Source of the DNA: Takakia lepidozioides
Lineage: Eukaryota > Plantae > Bryophyta
Direction: 5' to 3'
NCBI GenBank assembly: GCA_030704615.1
Contig: CM060733.1
Coordinates: 13,392,001 to 13,456,000 of the forward strand
Length of the DNA stretch: 64,000 nt
Part shown: positions 13,151 through 26,130 of the stretch, piece after piece
Layout: each line of letters opens with the position of its first letter
How positions within the stretch are numbered: the first letter of the stretch is position 1
Made by a program: the position numbers and the translations under genes
The notes under the pieces: model-generated
What the model saw: only the letters and a program-made list of their open reading frames with translations
Database searches by the model: none
Told to the model about the DNA's origin: nothing

Positions 13151-14164
13151 TATCCATTCTAACGAAGGAAATCCTTGTCGGGTCTGTAGGTAGAGAGGAA
13201 AAACTAACTTCACCTCTTTCCAAGTAAACCTCACATGAGCCCCACGCGCAATACTTACCACCCAACATGGTAGAGGATATGAGCATAGCAGCCGGGTGGC
13301 ACAGAGTACAGTATCCAACTAAGCTATCGTTTGGTAGTCTTCCACGCTTCAAACTTCTACCAGAATTATGGTACATACATCCATTCCGCGCCGGCAATCA
13401 ATCATCAATAATGGACTGTGTCAACATTTTCGGAATTCTAAACTATTTACTAGGGTGTGGTCGAACTCTTTAGAGTATATCAATATATCATGTTCAATTT
13501 GTGGTCCTAATTTGTGCAGCAGATCAATATCAGACCCCATCTGAGTAACATATCATGCAAAATAAACCAATATTTTTTTAGTTCTGGCGTTCAAATAATC
13601 TGGCTTTTGGACCACAACTTAATCAAACTATCTTTTGTATAGGAGGAAGGGTCTCTCTTGAGACCCCTCCCCTGTGTAAAGAATCATGATATTTTGCCAA
13701 TTGCTGAGTACCTTCTGAATTTCGTAAGGTATTTTGCCAGCGTGGCAGGGACCTTACTGGGCCGGACTCAGGTACAGTGCAATCTCCTGCCCTATAAACT
13801 ATAAACGACCTAAAAATGAACTAAGAAAAATATCATGGTTCCTTTACATACACCCCAAACAAAAGGCACCTATCTACAATCTGACTTCCACGTCACTTAC
13901 ACCACACGCCGACATGATGTTATTTTCCACCGCGTTGCATAATCAACTCTACCGATTTGCCCTCAACACCACCAATTTGCCCTCAACAACGGGGCAGATG
14001 CCACAAACATTTGAATACATCGTCGTCATCGCCACTGTTGCTGTCCATCACCCACCTCACTTTCTCAGCTGCTTCTTTCAGTAATTAAGTATTATGGATC
14101 CCCATGGTCCAAAACCAAAACGACCTACCTTCACGTGGCCTATTGTCAACACCCGCATCTGGAT

Positions 14165-14442
14165 CAGAGGTTTTTTTTTTTTTTTAAATTCGGAAAATAG
14201 CACAAGTGGCTACAGAGTTTTGCAAAAATTAGGCATATATTCTGTTCATCCATTCAAATTAGGACAGAATCATCCACATCCATTCATATCATCCATATTT
14301 GGTGAATTCATCCATAACAATTATTATTTTTGGAGAAATTTGGCGATTTCATCCATGAAAAACATGGAATTTGCTACGGAATATGCTTTTCTATTTTTTG
14401 AGGTTGCCATTTGGCGAAAATTCCCCAAAAAAAAAAACGCTG
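14165..14442. mobile_element. hAT-derived MITE (278 bp) upstream of the RING gene
   Basis: TIRs CAGAGG(T)n ... (A)nCGCTG. 8-bp TSD atctggat (14157-14164) / atctggct (14443-14450). Confidence 0.8.
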
Positions 14443-14834
14443 ATCTGGCTGCGGTGGGTGCCTTATATTGATTTAATCGCGTTGCGTGATAAAATAGAAA
14501 AACAAAAGTCTTGCAGCATGTTATTGTTGGACGGATTATCCATCACAGTACGCCGTGAGTGTAAACCTTATGGCAGCCTACGGGCATCAAGGGTTTTATT
14601 TTTTTCCCTTCAATAATTCGAATAAATTAACTGGCAGGGCCATTGCCCGTGTTCCTCAAAAAAAAAAAAAAACAAAAGAAAATGCGGACTCAAGGTAGTA
14701 CTCTGTAAGAATAGTCGTGACCGGCCGGTTTATTCCATTTGTTTCCCGTTTACGATAATAGTTTGACTGTATTTCATCATTTCTGAGTAGAGAATAGTAA
14801 AGGCTATGGTATACTCACCTAACCTAGCCCCCAT

Positions 14835-14895
14835 CCGACAGGTGGCATTGTACGTGGCGAGATGCGCTGGAGTGAAAGAGCGCACGTCGCGTGCC
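14835..14895 (+). promoter_or_regulatory. Candidate ABRE/DRE cluster upstream of RING-H2 gene
   Basis: CCGAC at ~14835, TACGTGGC at 14851-14858, CACGTCGCGTG at ~14883. Short motifs, function unproven. Confidence 0.3.
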
Positions 14896-15317
14896 GGCAA
14901 GTGCCGATTTCACTATCGAGGTGCTGTGTTGTTGAGGATGTGGAATCCGCGAACGAGTGGATGCGGATGGCTTTTCGAGGGCTCAAGCGACGTGACAGGC
15001 GACAGTCTTCCGGAGACCACAGAGGATCCCTATCCCCAGTCTGTAGGAATTCGTTGATAGCCCTGCAAGATCTAGACGTTTGAAGCCAGCGCCTTTCTGA
15101 TCAGTTGGAGCTGTGCAGGAGTTGCTTGGAGCAGGAAATTGCCATCCATGATCCCGCTTTCCTGTCAAATTTGCAGAAACTAGAGTTCAAGCTTCAGACT
15201 CCAGAGAAAATTGCACCCGAATTTGGGTCTGTTGCAAGTTGCCAGGAGCTCAGAGCAGTAGGGGACTGAATGATTCTTCGATTTTTCTCAATTCTTCAGG
15301 AACTGATCGTAGACATA

Positions 15318-15929
15318 ATGGGATTCCCGGGTATGTATGGAGGTGTGGTGTCAGTGATGATTATCAACACGGTGTTGTCGCTAGCGGCGATGAAGGATGC
15401 AGTGTCTTCAGCGATTCACCAAGCTGTGCGGCGGGGGGGGCAGGATGAACCACCACCTGAGAGGTCAGATCCTAGCACTAACAATCACCCAGTTGTGGAT
15501 GTTGACTACGCTGGAGACATAAGAACGTATATGGATGAGATACGGCAGACACTGCCGGTGGTTGTGTTTAATCCTTTGGAGGCCGGCTTTGCAAGCAAGC
15601 CGGATGCACAGTGCGCCGTTTGTTTGTGTGAATTCACAGACGGGGAAGAGGTTCGACAGCTCCCACATTGTGACCACATCTACCACAGGGGATGCTTGGA
15701 TAGATGGCTTGACCACCATCACACAACCTGCCCGCTCTGCCGAGCGTCTCTTGTGATTGAGGAATTGGCCAAGAAGCAGAGGCAGAGAGAAGACGAGCTA
15801 GCTATGGAGTTGACGGTGTGGTTCTCTTCCTACCATGCGCTTGGCCTTCGAGGGCCCTGGTGGCACCCCCACAACAGGGACAGCGGTAGCGCCGGTAGCG
15901 GCCTCGACTACGTTCAATGGATGCACTAA
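15318..15929 (+). CDS. RING-H2 E3 ubiquitin ligase, BRH1/RHA/XERICO-like
   Basis: MGFP start and an N-terminal hydrophobic segment, then CAVC...C-H-x2-H-x2-C...W...CPLC (RING-H2). Single coding exon. Splice acceptor (ttcttcag) just upstream suggests a 5'UTR intron. Confidence 0.92.
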   Translation: MGFPGMYGGVVSVMIINTVLSLAAMKDAVSSAIHQAVRRGGQDEPPPERSDPSTNNHPVVDVDYAGDIRTYMDEIRQTLPVVVFNPLEAGFASKPDAQCAVCLCEFTDGEEVRQLPHCDHIYHRGCLDRWLDHHHTTCPLCRASLVIEELAKKQRQREDELAMELTVWFSSYHALGLRGPWWHPHNRDSGSAGSGLDYVQWMH

Positions 15930-17960
15930 GAAATTACGTCTTCAGCCTGCTTGCTTCAACTGCGCACACATCTGAGTCCTATGAGATGTGCTGCAGACGG
16001 CTCAAGCCTGTTTTGAACCTGGCCGCACATACTGAAAAGATATGCATTCTAGTAAGATTTTTAAGTGGAAGGAGGATGATGTGGTCACAGCTGTATGTTG
16101 TGGTCCTTCCCCCCCAAGGTTTGGTGATCCTTCCCTTACCCGGGTGTTCAGGATAGGGAGTGGTGAAGCTTGGACCTGTCTACAGTGTTCCACTCTTGCA
16201 GAAGCTCGAGTTCCCAGTTGGTGTCCGAATTACGACACTCAAGGCATTCGACGGCCCAGTGGCTATTGCTTACTCCTTGCTCGGGCTTGGGGCGGTCTTT
16301 ACATCCTAATAATTACTCTGGTGCCTGAAAATGTTGAGCTTTTCACGAGAACTCAGATCTGGTATGCAAAAGCTTTATACTGGTGGCTAGCTGTCCCAAC
16401 TTCATGGGCTAGAGCGGAGGCGGCACAGAGCTACATATGCGAATGCAGAAAATCAGTGTGAAGCCTTAAAGGCACCGATCGTAGTTAGTGGCCTTCCAGT
16501 CTGTAGCAGATGCTGGGGAGCAGGCCTCAGATTAGAAAGCACCCAGGCTGTGCTTACATTATTTTCAGGCCGCTCCCAGAACGACCCACTGTATATAGTA
16601 GATGATGGGGAATACATCTTTACATACTTACATTTGACGAAGTTCAATGCTTGTTCTTATTTCTGACATTTGTGGTCACTGGTATTTCCCCACAACTTTC
16701 TGCCAATGCTCTCGTCACTGAGCTTCATGATAAGGAAGCCAAGGTCGGTATTGAGTTGCAAACACTGGTAAGCTCTTTCGATTTGCTGACAGGTTGTAGG
16801 CCTTCAGCTTGGTCCATGGGTATCCTGTGAGTTTTGCTGAACTTCGAGAGTAGCATTTGAGAGGGCTTTGACTATCACATTTTTGGAGTAACAGTGGCCA
16901 CTGACGGTTCGATCAGGCATATTGTTGTCCAGAAGGTGAACGGAACCATGAGGGTCTGCTTCCTGGTCATTGTTCCCCAGAGTTTGTAACACTGATACAG
17001 AGCACTGGAGTGGAGGTGAGTTAAGCATGTTTAACTTTCGCCTTGCACAGACACACCCCGTATAGACTTCTCCAAGCCCACTAACCAAAAGAATTCATCT
17101 TGGGATCAAATTCAAATTCAAATATTCAGCTCAAAAATGTACCCCCAACATTCCAATCAATATTGCTTTTGCTGCAGACTCTGAGGGCAACCTGCAACTT
17201 AGAGGTTCCTTGGACATACATAAGCAATCCTTATTCCCCATCAGAGTGCAGGACGGGAAAGGGAATGCCAACCCATCCCCAACGACAGGGCAGGAAATGC
17301 AATGGGCTTTACACTCTTCCTTTACCTGATTTTTTTCGTACCCTGCCCTGTAGTTTGACCCGGGGGAAAGGAGCTAGAGGGACGAGCACCAATCTTCTCA
17401 GTTTTCCCTTGCTCCCTGTCTTGTTTGTCACAAACGGACTTTCTTTGGCTCTTCACACTTGTCAAATCCCATCCTATCTGCTCCCTGGCATGTTCTGGTT
17501 ACTCCCATCTCACATAGCACCTCCTCTTTGCTTCTCTGTCTGATTTCTTTATTCTTAGTGTAGCTAGTATGCTCTGGTTCCAGGGAAGTTCCCCCTCAGT
17601 TAGCCTTCACGGCTTGGTGGTTATTTTTTCCACCTGTTGTGACTTTTATTTTATTTTATTCTAGCGACGACCAAAGGTTGAAAGCTAGTTTAGCGTAGAG
17701 CAGGAATAGGGTACCATAGTGCCACATCATCGTCGCCACATCATCGTCGCCACGTCAGTCATCGTAGCCAGGTCATCGTCGTCGTCAAATTCTTTGGAAT
17801 CTGCCTGGACGGCCCGCGCGAAATAAGCCAATAGAAATCGCCGTGCCAACTTTTTCGGAACTGCCAACAATGCCCGGATCTTGATCTTCTTGAACTGCAG
17901 GAGCTTTGCCGCCATCGTTCACCTTGCAAGCTGCAAGCTCTCAACGAATTGAGGAAATCC

Positions 17961-18249
17961 ATGCTGAGGTAGATTGTAGCCCTGCGTTGTCTTTTACGTT
18001 CCTGTCGTCTCTCACAGTCACCCGTTCCTGCATTTTCCCAACGGACCCATATCCCAGAATGCACACATTGGCCCTCACATGCATCAGGTTTTGCAACGGC
18101 GGCGGAGGATGAGGGTTCATCTGCAGGAGCTTCGTCCTGGATGCAGAGGCTGAAGAGTGTGTTCAAGAGCAAGACACCTTCATCAGATTCTTCTCAATCG
18201 GATACTTCTAAAGAAAAGTCTGTGTCTCAGCATAACCTTACAATGGAAA
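17961..18249 (+). pseudogene. Orphan first exon of a mitochondrion-targeted protein, premature stop at codon 4
   Basis: MLR*IVALRCLLRSCRLSQ...GFATAAE...SSWMQRLKSVFKSK...HNLTME|gtgagt: Arg/Leu/Ser-rich presequence and a strong donor site. Downstream exons not found before the PPR mosaic. Confidence 0.5.
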
Positions 18250-18582
18250 GTGAGTGCCATTCTACTGTGTCGCTAGGTGCTCTGCAACAGATTCAACAAT
18301 CTAATATCATAAAATGCCCTCACTTGCACAATGTGACTGCTGGGAGTTGATCAGTATGAACCGTTGGATCACTTTGTTTATTTATTGCAAAGGACACTTC
18401 ACGAATTTCTTAGCTGAATGAAATGATGGTGCAGACAAGTCTGCTTCTGGTACCAATTTGGCTTATAGGAGACAATGGCGGATATGCTTCTTCCAGCAAC
18501 ATGCGACTGCAGGAAGGAACCCAGTAGGTGTAAATTGGAGACTGAAGAGACAATACCCTAAAGCCTAGACTGGGCCTGCATT

Positions 18583-18710
18583 GACACCACATCTCGTTCA
18601 GCCATAGTGTTGAACACTCCCTTGGCATCCTCGATGCACCCACATTTGGCATACATGTCCACCAAGGCAGGGGCAGTGTTCAGAATGACATCTGGTAATC
18701 TGACAAACAT
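18583..18710 (-). pseudogene. PLS-PPR gene fragment
   Basis: LVDMYAKCGCIEDAKGVFNTMAERDVVS, the same family as the arrays downstream. Confidence 0.8.
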
Positions 18711-18756
18711 TCTCCTTTTAGAATTGTTCCAGCAAATGCCCCAACCCTACTAACTT

Positions 18757-18867
18757 AGAGGCTGTAGTGTCCAAAGCCATGTCCGTTTCCAGAAAATTGT
18801 CTGATGAAAATGAAGTTAGGCAGAAAACTTCCCTGGACTTGTTTCCAGTCTGTGACATAGGGGAGGA
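18757..18867 (+). mobile_element. LINE fragment interrupted by a CACTA end
   Basis: Matches ~29775-29883 (gaggctgaagtgtctaaggccatgtc...gtttccagtttgtgacatgggtgagga), where no CACTA follows. Confidence 0.65.
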
Positions 18868-19250
18868 CACTAGAAGAGAAACCGGCTTTTTCCACGGCTT
18901 TTTCCACACTTTTTGCTGTGGAATCAGCCACAGTCCACACCTGCCGTGGGTGTAAGGAACGACTAGTGCTTTCGGACACCCCGTGGACGGCCTGGCTCTC
19001 GGGTGGCCCTGTGGAAAAGTCCACGGGAGGCTTTTTCCATGGGTGGGCTTTTTTCACGGGGAGCATGGTGACATGGCTGCTGACATGGCCGATGGCATAG
19101 CTGACATGGCAAAGTGTGAAAAAGGCCAGTGTGGCATGTTTCACGACGGATTTCACATCTTGAACAAGCCACTATGCGACACGTGTCATATTTCACACCT
19201 TCAACAAGTCACTATGCAACACGTGTTCGTTCCTGTGTGGTGGTACACAT
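18868..19250 (+). mobile_element. CACTA terminus with subterminal repeats (element 1; other end not found)
   Basis: CACTAGAAGAGAAACCGGCTTTTTCCACGG, followed by TTTTTCCAC/GTGGAAAA and GACATGGC subterminal repeats. Preceded by gga (candidate 3-bp TSD). Confidence 0.8.
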
Positions 19251-19317
19251 TAATTAATTAATTATTTGCTTTCCAATATTAAGTTTGAATATTAATGGAT
19301 TTAATTTATTGTTATTG

Positions 19318-19348
<31 letters not shown>

Positions 19349-19439
19349 AGGAAAAATGGACAGTGGCCTAGATGAGAACATTATTAAATAACAAAATATT
19401 GAAATTATGTTTTTAGAAATTATATTTATTTGCTCAGAT

Positions 19440-22400
19440 ACCAAAACACACCTTTTGCAGGGAAGGAGAGTTTGCCTTAGTGTCTATGCTGAGTTGCGTC
19501 TCCTACTCTCTGTAATCTAATAGACATTCACCTTTTTCCCTCGGTTGTCCCACCCTTGACTGCGGTCAGAAAAGCATTCATTCCACAGCTTCTCCTCATC
19601 TCTGTTACATGTTTCTGGATACTTTCCTGTTGTCACTTTGGCAGTATCATGTCAAAATCACTCCAAACTATGTACCATCTACCCATGCAGGTTTCTTGTA
19701 GCTAACCCTCCACAGGGAATCATAAGTAATCTGGAGCTTGAAATCTGGCCCTCTTGGATGACACTCTATCCCTGCTCCTTCAACTATCCATGCCTCTGCA
19801 CAGATCATGCATACATCCTTGCATTGCTGTTAGCAGCTGACAATGGCAGCCTAGATTTGTTCCAGCAAACACCCAACTCAACTTATCACACCAGTTCCTA
19901 TTCTCAATTGCATCTACCACTCTGTAATCCAAAGGCATTTACCTTCCAAGACGGTTGTCCCAACATTGACTAGGATCAGAAAAGTATTCATTCCACAGCT
20001 TCTCCTCTCTGTTACCTATTTCTGGATACTTTCCTATTGTCACTTTGGCAGTATCATGTCAAAGTCACTCCAAACTATCAAAGGTTCACTCAACCACCTA
20101 ACTTGCAGAGAATTCTTAAAACATGAAAATTTAGGGCGATTATGATAAGAGGGGAAAACAGAGTGAAATGGGTTGAAGAAGGTGCCTTGATTAACATTGC
20201 CTGATTTTATCAATTGTGCCGCTGCTGCTGCGGCTTCCAGTTGACCATCTACCCATGAGGTTTCTTGGAGCAATTTTTCCACGGGGAATCACCCCTTCCC
20301 GCATCATTGCTCATAGGTCTCCAAAGCCTCCATCCGCGCCCTTGCTGTGCATATCCTGCAATCATCGCACTCCACGACACCACATCTCGTTCAGCCATAC
20401 TGTCAAACACTTCCTTTGCATCCTCGATGCACCCACATTTGGCATACATGCAGTCCACCAGGGCAGTGTTCAGAATGACATTGGGTACAATTCCAGATTT
20501 GACGATGTCACCATGGACCTCTTTGCCCTTTTCCAGAGCTCCCAGGCTTGCACATGCATTACAAACAAATGTGATGTGGTTGGGCTTCACCCCTTCGCGC
20601 AACAGTTGCTCATAGGTCTCCAAAGCATTCCTACCACACCCATGTTAAATCCTGCCAACATTATATTCAACGTGATCAAAGTTCGTTGAGGCATTCCGTT
20701 GAACACTCGGTGTGCATTCATGATGCTCCTGCACTTAACACATGTTCACAAGGGGGTTGAGGAGAAAAACACTTGGTGTGAATCCACTTTGGATAATGTG
20801 ACTGAAATGCTCCTTGGTTTAAAGGTTGTAGAGCCTCTTTCAGTCTGCCTGCCTCACAAAGCATCTTCACATGCCCAGAAGAGCAAGAAGAGGCATTATG
20901 GACTCCCTCTCTTGATCCTCTTTTAGAAGCTGTGGTATGGTTGAGGTGCCTGATTTAAATCAGGGCTGCCAGGCCTGCAATGTACACAAACATGATGTGG
21001 TCGGGCTGAACCCCTTCCCCTATCATTTGCTCATAGGTCTCCAAAGCCTCCATCCCACGTCCCTGTTGTGCATACCCTGCAAGCATCGCACTCCACGACA
21101 CCACATCTCGTTCAGCCATAGTGTTGAACATTCTCTTTGCATCCTCGATGCACCCACATTTTGCATACATGTCCACTAGGGTATTGTTCAAAATGACATT
21201 TGGTACAATTCCAGCTCTGAAGGTGTCATCATGGACCTCCTTCCCCTTTTCCAGAGCTGCCAGGGCAGTGTTTCGAATGACATTAGGTACAATTCCAGCT
21301 TTGATGATATCCCCATGCACCTATTTGCCCTTCTCCAGGGCTGCTAGGCCTGCAATGCATACAAACATGATGTGGCCGGGCTGAACCCCTTCCCCCATCA
21401 TTTGCTCATAGGTCTCCAAAGCCTCCATCCCACGTCCCTGCTGTGCATACCCTGCAAGCATCGCACTCCACGACACCACATCTCGTTTAGCCATAGTGTT
21501 GAACACTCCCTTTGCATCCCCGATGCACCCACATTTTGCCTACATATCCACTAGGGTATTGTTCAAAATGACATTTGGTACAATTCCAGCTCTGAAGGTG
21601 TCACCATGGACCTCCTTCCCCTTTTCCAGAGCTGCTAGGGCAGTGTTTCGAAATGACATTAGGTACAATTCCAGCTTTGATGATATCCCCATGCACCTCT
21701 TTGCCCTTCTCCAGGGCTGCCAGGCTTGCAATGCATACAAACATGATGTCGCCGAGCTGGACCCCTTCCCCCTTTAGTTGCTCATAGGTCTCCAAAGCCT
21801 CCATCCCACGTCCCTGCTGTGCATACCCTGTAAGCATCGCACTCCACGACACCACATCTCCTTTAGCCATAGTGTTGAACACTCCCTTTGCATCCCCGAT
21901 GCACCCACATTTTGCCTACATGTCCACTAGGGTATTGTTTAGAATGACATTTGTTACAATTCCAGCTCTGAAGATGTCACCACGGACCTCCTTCCCCTTT
22001 TCCAGAGCTGCCAGGGCAGTGTTTCGAATGACATTAGGTACAATTCCAGCTTTGATGATATCCCCATGCACCTCTTTACCCTTATCCAGGGCTGCCAGGC
22101 CTACAATGCATACAAACATGATGTGGCTGGGCTGGACCCCTTCCCCCATCATTTGCTCATAGGTCTCCAAAGCCTCCATCCCACGTCCCTGTTGTGCATA
22201 CCCTGCATGCATTGCACTCCACGACACCACATCTCGTTCAGCCATAGTGTTGAACACTCCCGTTGCATCCCCGATGCACCCACATTTTGCCTACATATCC
22301 ACTAGGGTATTGTTCAAAATGACATTTTGGTACAATTCCAGCTCTGAAGGTGTCAACATGGACCTCCTTCCCTTTTTCCAGAGCTGCCAGGGCAGTACAA

Positions 22401-23600
22401 TTCCAGCTTTGATGATATCCCCATGCACCTCTTTGCCCTTCTCCAGGGCTGCCAGGCCTGCAATGCATACAAACATGATGTGGCCGGGCTGGACCCCTTC
22501 CCCCATCAGTTGCTCATAGGTCTCCAAAGCCTCCATCCCATGTCCCTGCTTTGCATACCCTGCAAGCATCGCACTCCACGACACCACATTTCGTTCAGCC
22601 ATAGTGTTGAACACTCCCTTTGCATCCTCGATGCACCCACATTTTGCATACATGTCTACTAGGGTATTGTTCAAAATGACATTTGGTACAATTCCAGCTC
22701 TGAAGGAGTCACCATGGAAGTGCCAGGGCAGTGTTTCGAATGACATTAGGTACAATTCCAGCTTTGATGATATCCCCATGCACCTCTTTGCCCTTCTCCA
22801 GGACTGCCAGGCCTGCAATGCAAACATAATGTGGCCGGGCTGAACCCCTTCCCCCATCATTTGCTCATAGGTCTCCAAAGCCTCCATCCCATGTCCCTGC
22901 TGTGCATCTGCAAGCATCGCACTCCACAACACCACATCTCGTTCAGCCATAGTGTTGAACACTCCATTTGCATCCCCGATGCACCTGCATATATGTCCAC
23001 TAGGGTATTGTTCAGAATGACATTTGGTACAATTCCAGCTTTGAAGATGTCACCACGGACCTCCTTCCCCTTTTCCAGAGCTGCCAGGGCAGTGTTTAGA
23101 ATGACATTAGGTACAATTCCAGCTTTGATGATATCCCCATGCACCTCTTTGCCTTTCTCAAGAGTTGCCAGGCTTGCACAAGCATTGCAATGCACACAAA
23201 CATGATGTGAGAGGGCAAAACAGGTTGAAATAGGTCAAAGAAGAAGATGCCCTCACCATATTGTCCTTGAGGTTGTGTCATGACTTGACCGACCATCAAC
23301 CCAAAAGGACCTCTTGTGTGTGCTGCTTGTGTCTGTAGTCAGGTAATGTCGGATTGGTCTGTGAGATCGAACCACCACGGTGTAGCTGAGTAGGCAGAGA
23401 TTGAAACACGGCCTGCTATGACCAAGCTAACTCTCCCAAGAACGGCAAGCTCGCAAGAATGTTGCGAGCTTCTCCTCGTCTCATCTCCTCCTCCTCTCCT
23501 CCTTCCTGCATCATTTGCTCAACGCCTCCATCCCACGCCCCTGCATATCCTGCGATCATCGCGTTCCATCCCTCGGCTACATGGTGTGGCGCAAGGAACC
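19440..23600 (-). pseudogene. Mosaic of PLS-class PPR gene fragments (5' region, N-terminus, PLS motifs)
   Basis: Repeated VVSWSAMLAGYAQQG.GMEALETYEQM..EGV.P.HI.FVC / LEKGKEVHGDIIKAGIVPNV / NTLVDMYAKCGCIEDA, with many frameshifts and stops. Confidence 0.9.
20960..23210 (-). repeat. Tandem array of a ~375-bp PPR-derived unit, ~6 copies
   Basis: Anchor ccatagtgttgaaca recurs at ~21116, 21491, 21867, 22242, 22599 and 22947. Confidence 0.9.
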
Positions 23601-25599
23601 AAAAAAAAACGCCAAGTCCCAGCCCTCCTCTGTGTTCACGATTACCCTAGTGGGCAACCTTACACTAATACAGAAACCGGTTTTTTTAACGGCTCTTCTC
23701 ACACATTTTGGTGTGAAAAGAGCCCAAGTTCACACCCCCCCTTGGTGTTAGGTTAACCTAACTTTCTTGGTCCTGTGAAAAAAACCATCTCACACCAAAC
23801 TTGCACCTGATGTGGCAGTAGGTTTAGGTGGCTCTTTTGACGGATATTTTGACGGCCGTTTTGACTGGTTAGTTCAACTACTATTTTGACTAAGTAATCT
23901 TAATGGTCTTTCTACGGTACTTATTACACCTCATTGCCACCATGTCTGCCACATGTATGTCAAAGGGAATGCCACGTAATAGAGTCCATCATAATTATTA
24001 AATAAATAATAGATATTAAGGGCTCTTCTTACGGATTCTCTCACACAGATTTAACACCAGGTTCAAGTCGTGGTGTGATCGCAATGACACTAGTGTGAAT
24101 ACTGTCATATCCATTGTTTTGTTCCTATTGGACGAAAAGTAAACAATTATTATTTGTTGACAAATGCCAAAATGAATAGTCATATTATTATTATTATTAT
24201 TATTTTCTTATTCTTATAATAAATGGGATAGCACCCCAAAAGCCATTGGCTGGTTGATTTTAATATGTAATATATTATTATTTTATATTTTATATTTGTT
24301 TTGTTTCATTTAAACAAAAGCTTATTTAAAACAGGGATACACATTGACCAATAGTAATGTTATTAATATTAAATATAGCAAACAACCAGCAAATACCACA
24401 TTCATGTCTACACAAGAAAAATTTGGCTTGATGTGGGAAAATGAAGTTGCCTTGAACAAGGGGATCTTGTGATCATACATGAGAATAGCAAGAGCATCAA
24501 TTCAAAAAAATACTGTTCATGTGAGAAGAGCTGTTTTGTTCACCTGTCTCAGCAACCCTCAATCCATAAAGAAAACTAAACTAAACTTGTAGCACCTTCA
24601 ATATCACGCGTGTTTAAGAAACTTTTCAGACCATAAGGTGGAACTTCCCTGCGTGTCACCCAATGTGGTATAATTAGGGGTAACAGAGTAGTCCGGGTAC
24701 GGCAACACAACCTCTGAAATCATGACCGATTTCACATGGATACGGTAATAGTTGTCTGGCACATTTGCTTTCGGAAATCCAGCAATATATCCCACACCTG
24801 CCCTTTTTTGGTGCACAAGGATCAAACAATAACACCTTGTCGCCGATCTGAAACTGCAACAAAAACCAGATTCCTATATCAGAAATGAACCTGGAGAACA
24901 GAGACTGACAGCTTGGCACTCCTGCAAAATGACATTGAAGTTCTTCCAGCAAACACCCCAACCCTACCTATTGCAGTACTTCCAATTCCGAATTGCATTT
25001 GCTTGTCTCTATACTACATGCTGACATGATCAAAGCTGGAACGGTGCCATACCTAGTTGGTAGCAGGTTATGCATGGTCAACATGGATGTGGTAGGACGA
25101 TGTCACAAAAACTACCTTTGTAGGTTGTTGGGCCTGCAGCTATGTGGCGATACATAGGGGGTGTATTGATCCAGCATCAGACAAGGAAACAAAATTGCAC
25201 AAAGGAAGTACTTACACTGTGCGGATTTTGTTGGTCACCCTGTGGTTCAGTTAGATCCACTGTGGTTGTAGTCTGATTGATAGCACATATTGTACTCTCC
25301 CTGTCCATTGAACGCTTCACTGGTTTCACCATCTGTATATTGAATGACACAACGATCAAAAAATGAGAATAGCACGAATGACACACATTGTGAAGTAGCA
25401 TTAACAATACAAATCCACCCACGCGCCCAAGCATTGAAACTTTTGCTCTCACCTTTCTTTGATTATGCTTTGTTGTTGCATCGGGAGGCAAAGTCGTTGG
25501 AACTCTGGCAGCAGGAAGCCCTGGTTCGGATGCCTTTGCAGATTGTTGTGATCCACTACCCATGGCTGCAGTATTGAACAAGTAGTTGGGCTGCCCATA

Positions 25600-26130
25600 T
25601 CTGTATGGGTGCCCTGACACATACTCAGGGATGTGTGCAGCCTTGGATACACCCTCTAACCAAGGCAGTAATTCTTTCATAAGCCTCTTGCAGTTTGGCT
25701 GATCCCTCAACTTCCATGGATACGGGAAGATGCAATTATTTGCAGGGTTGGGTAAGCAAGTGAGTGGGGAATCGTCCACCAACAAGTATTGGTTGGATTG
25801 TAATGGCTGTAGTCCTTCCAAAACTTACATAAGTTCTTGTACATGACAGTTTTAGAAGGATTGAAAGGGTCCACCATTCCCACAGGCTGGTCACAATAGT
25901 CTTGGTGAAGCACCATCTTTGGTTGCTTCCCACGAAACAAAGCTTTCACAACTGGAAGGACATTACTCAATGACATGGAAGACCATACACCTACATCAAA
26001 AATCTGAAGGCATCGGTCCAGAAACTCCTGACACCCAGGTCTGGAGGTGACAGTGGGCTCTAGGTATTCCCTTGTTCGTAGTCTGCTCTCACATAACAAT
26101 CCATTCAAGTCAAGTATAAGGATGTGTTTC
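25600..26130 (-). other. FCP1-homology / NIF (HAD-family) phosphatase domain within the TnpA-like gene
   Basis: HILILDLNGLL...RPGCQEFL...FDVGVWSS...KNL..FW...NT[fs]LLVDDSP...NP.NNCIFP: HAD motifs I-IV of the plant DLNGLL FCP1-like family. Confidence 0.85.

Noticed and set aside
13641-13673. GC-rich hairpin ggaagggtctc-tctt-gagacccctcc (possible Helitron end)
   Set aside because: No CTRR terminus at the expected distance.
15270-15317. Upstream ATG extending the RING ORF to 219 aa
   Set aside because: Spans a pyrimidine tract and splice acceptor; the family-typical MGFP start is at 15318.
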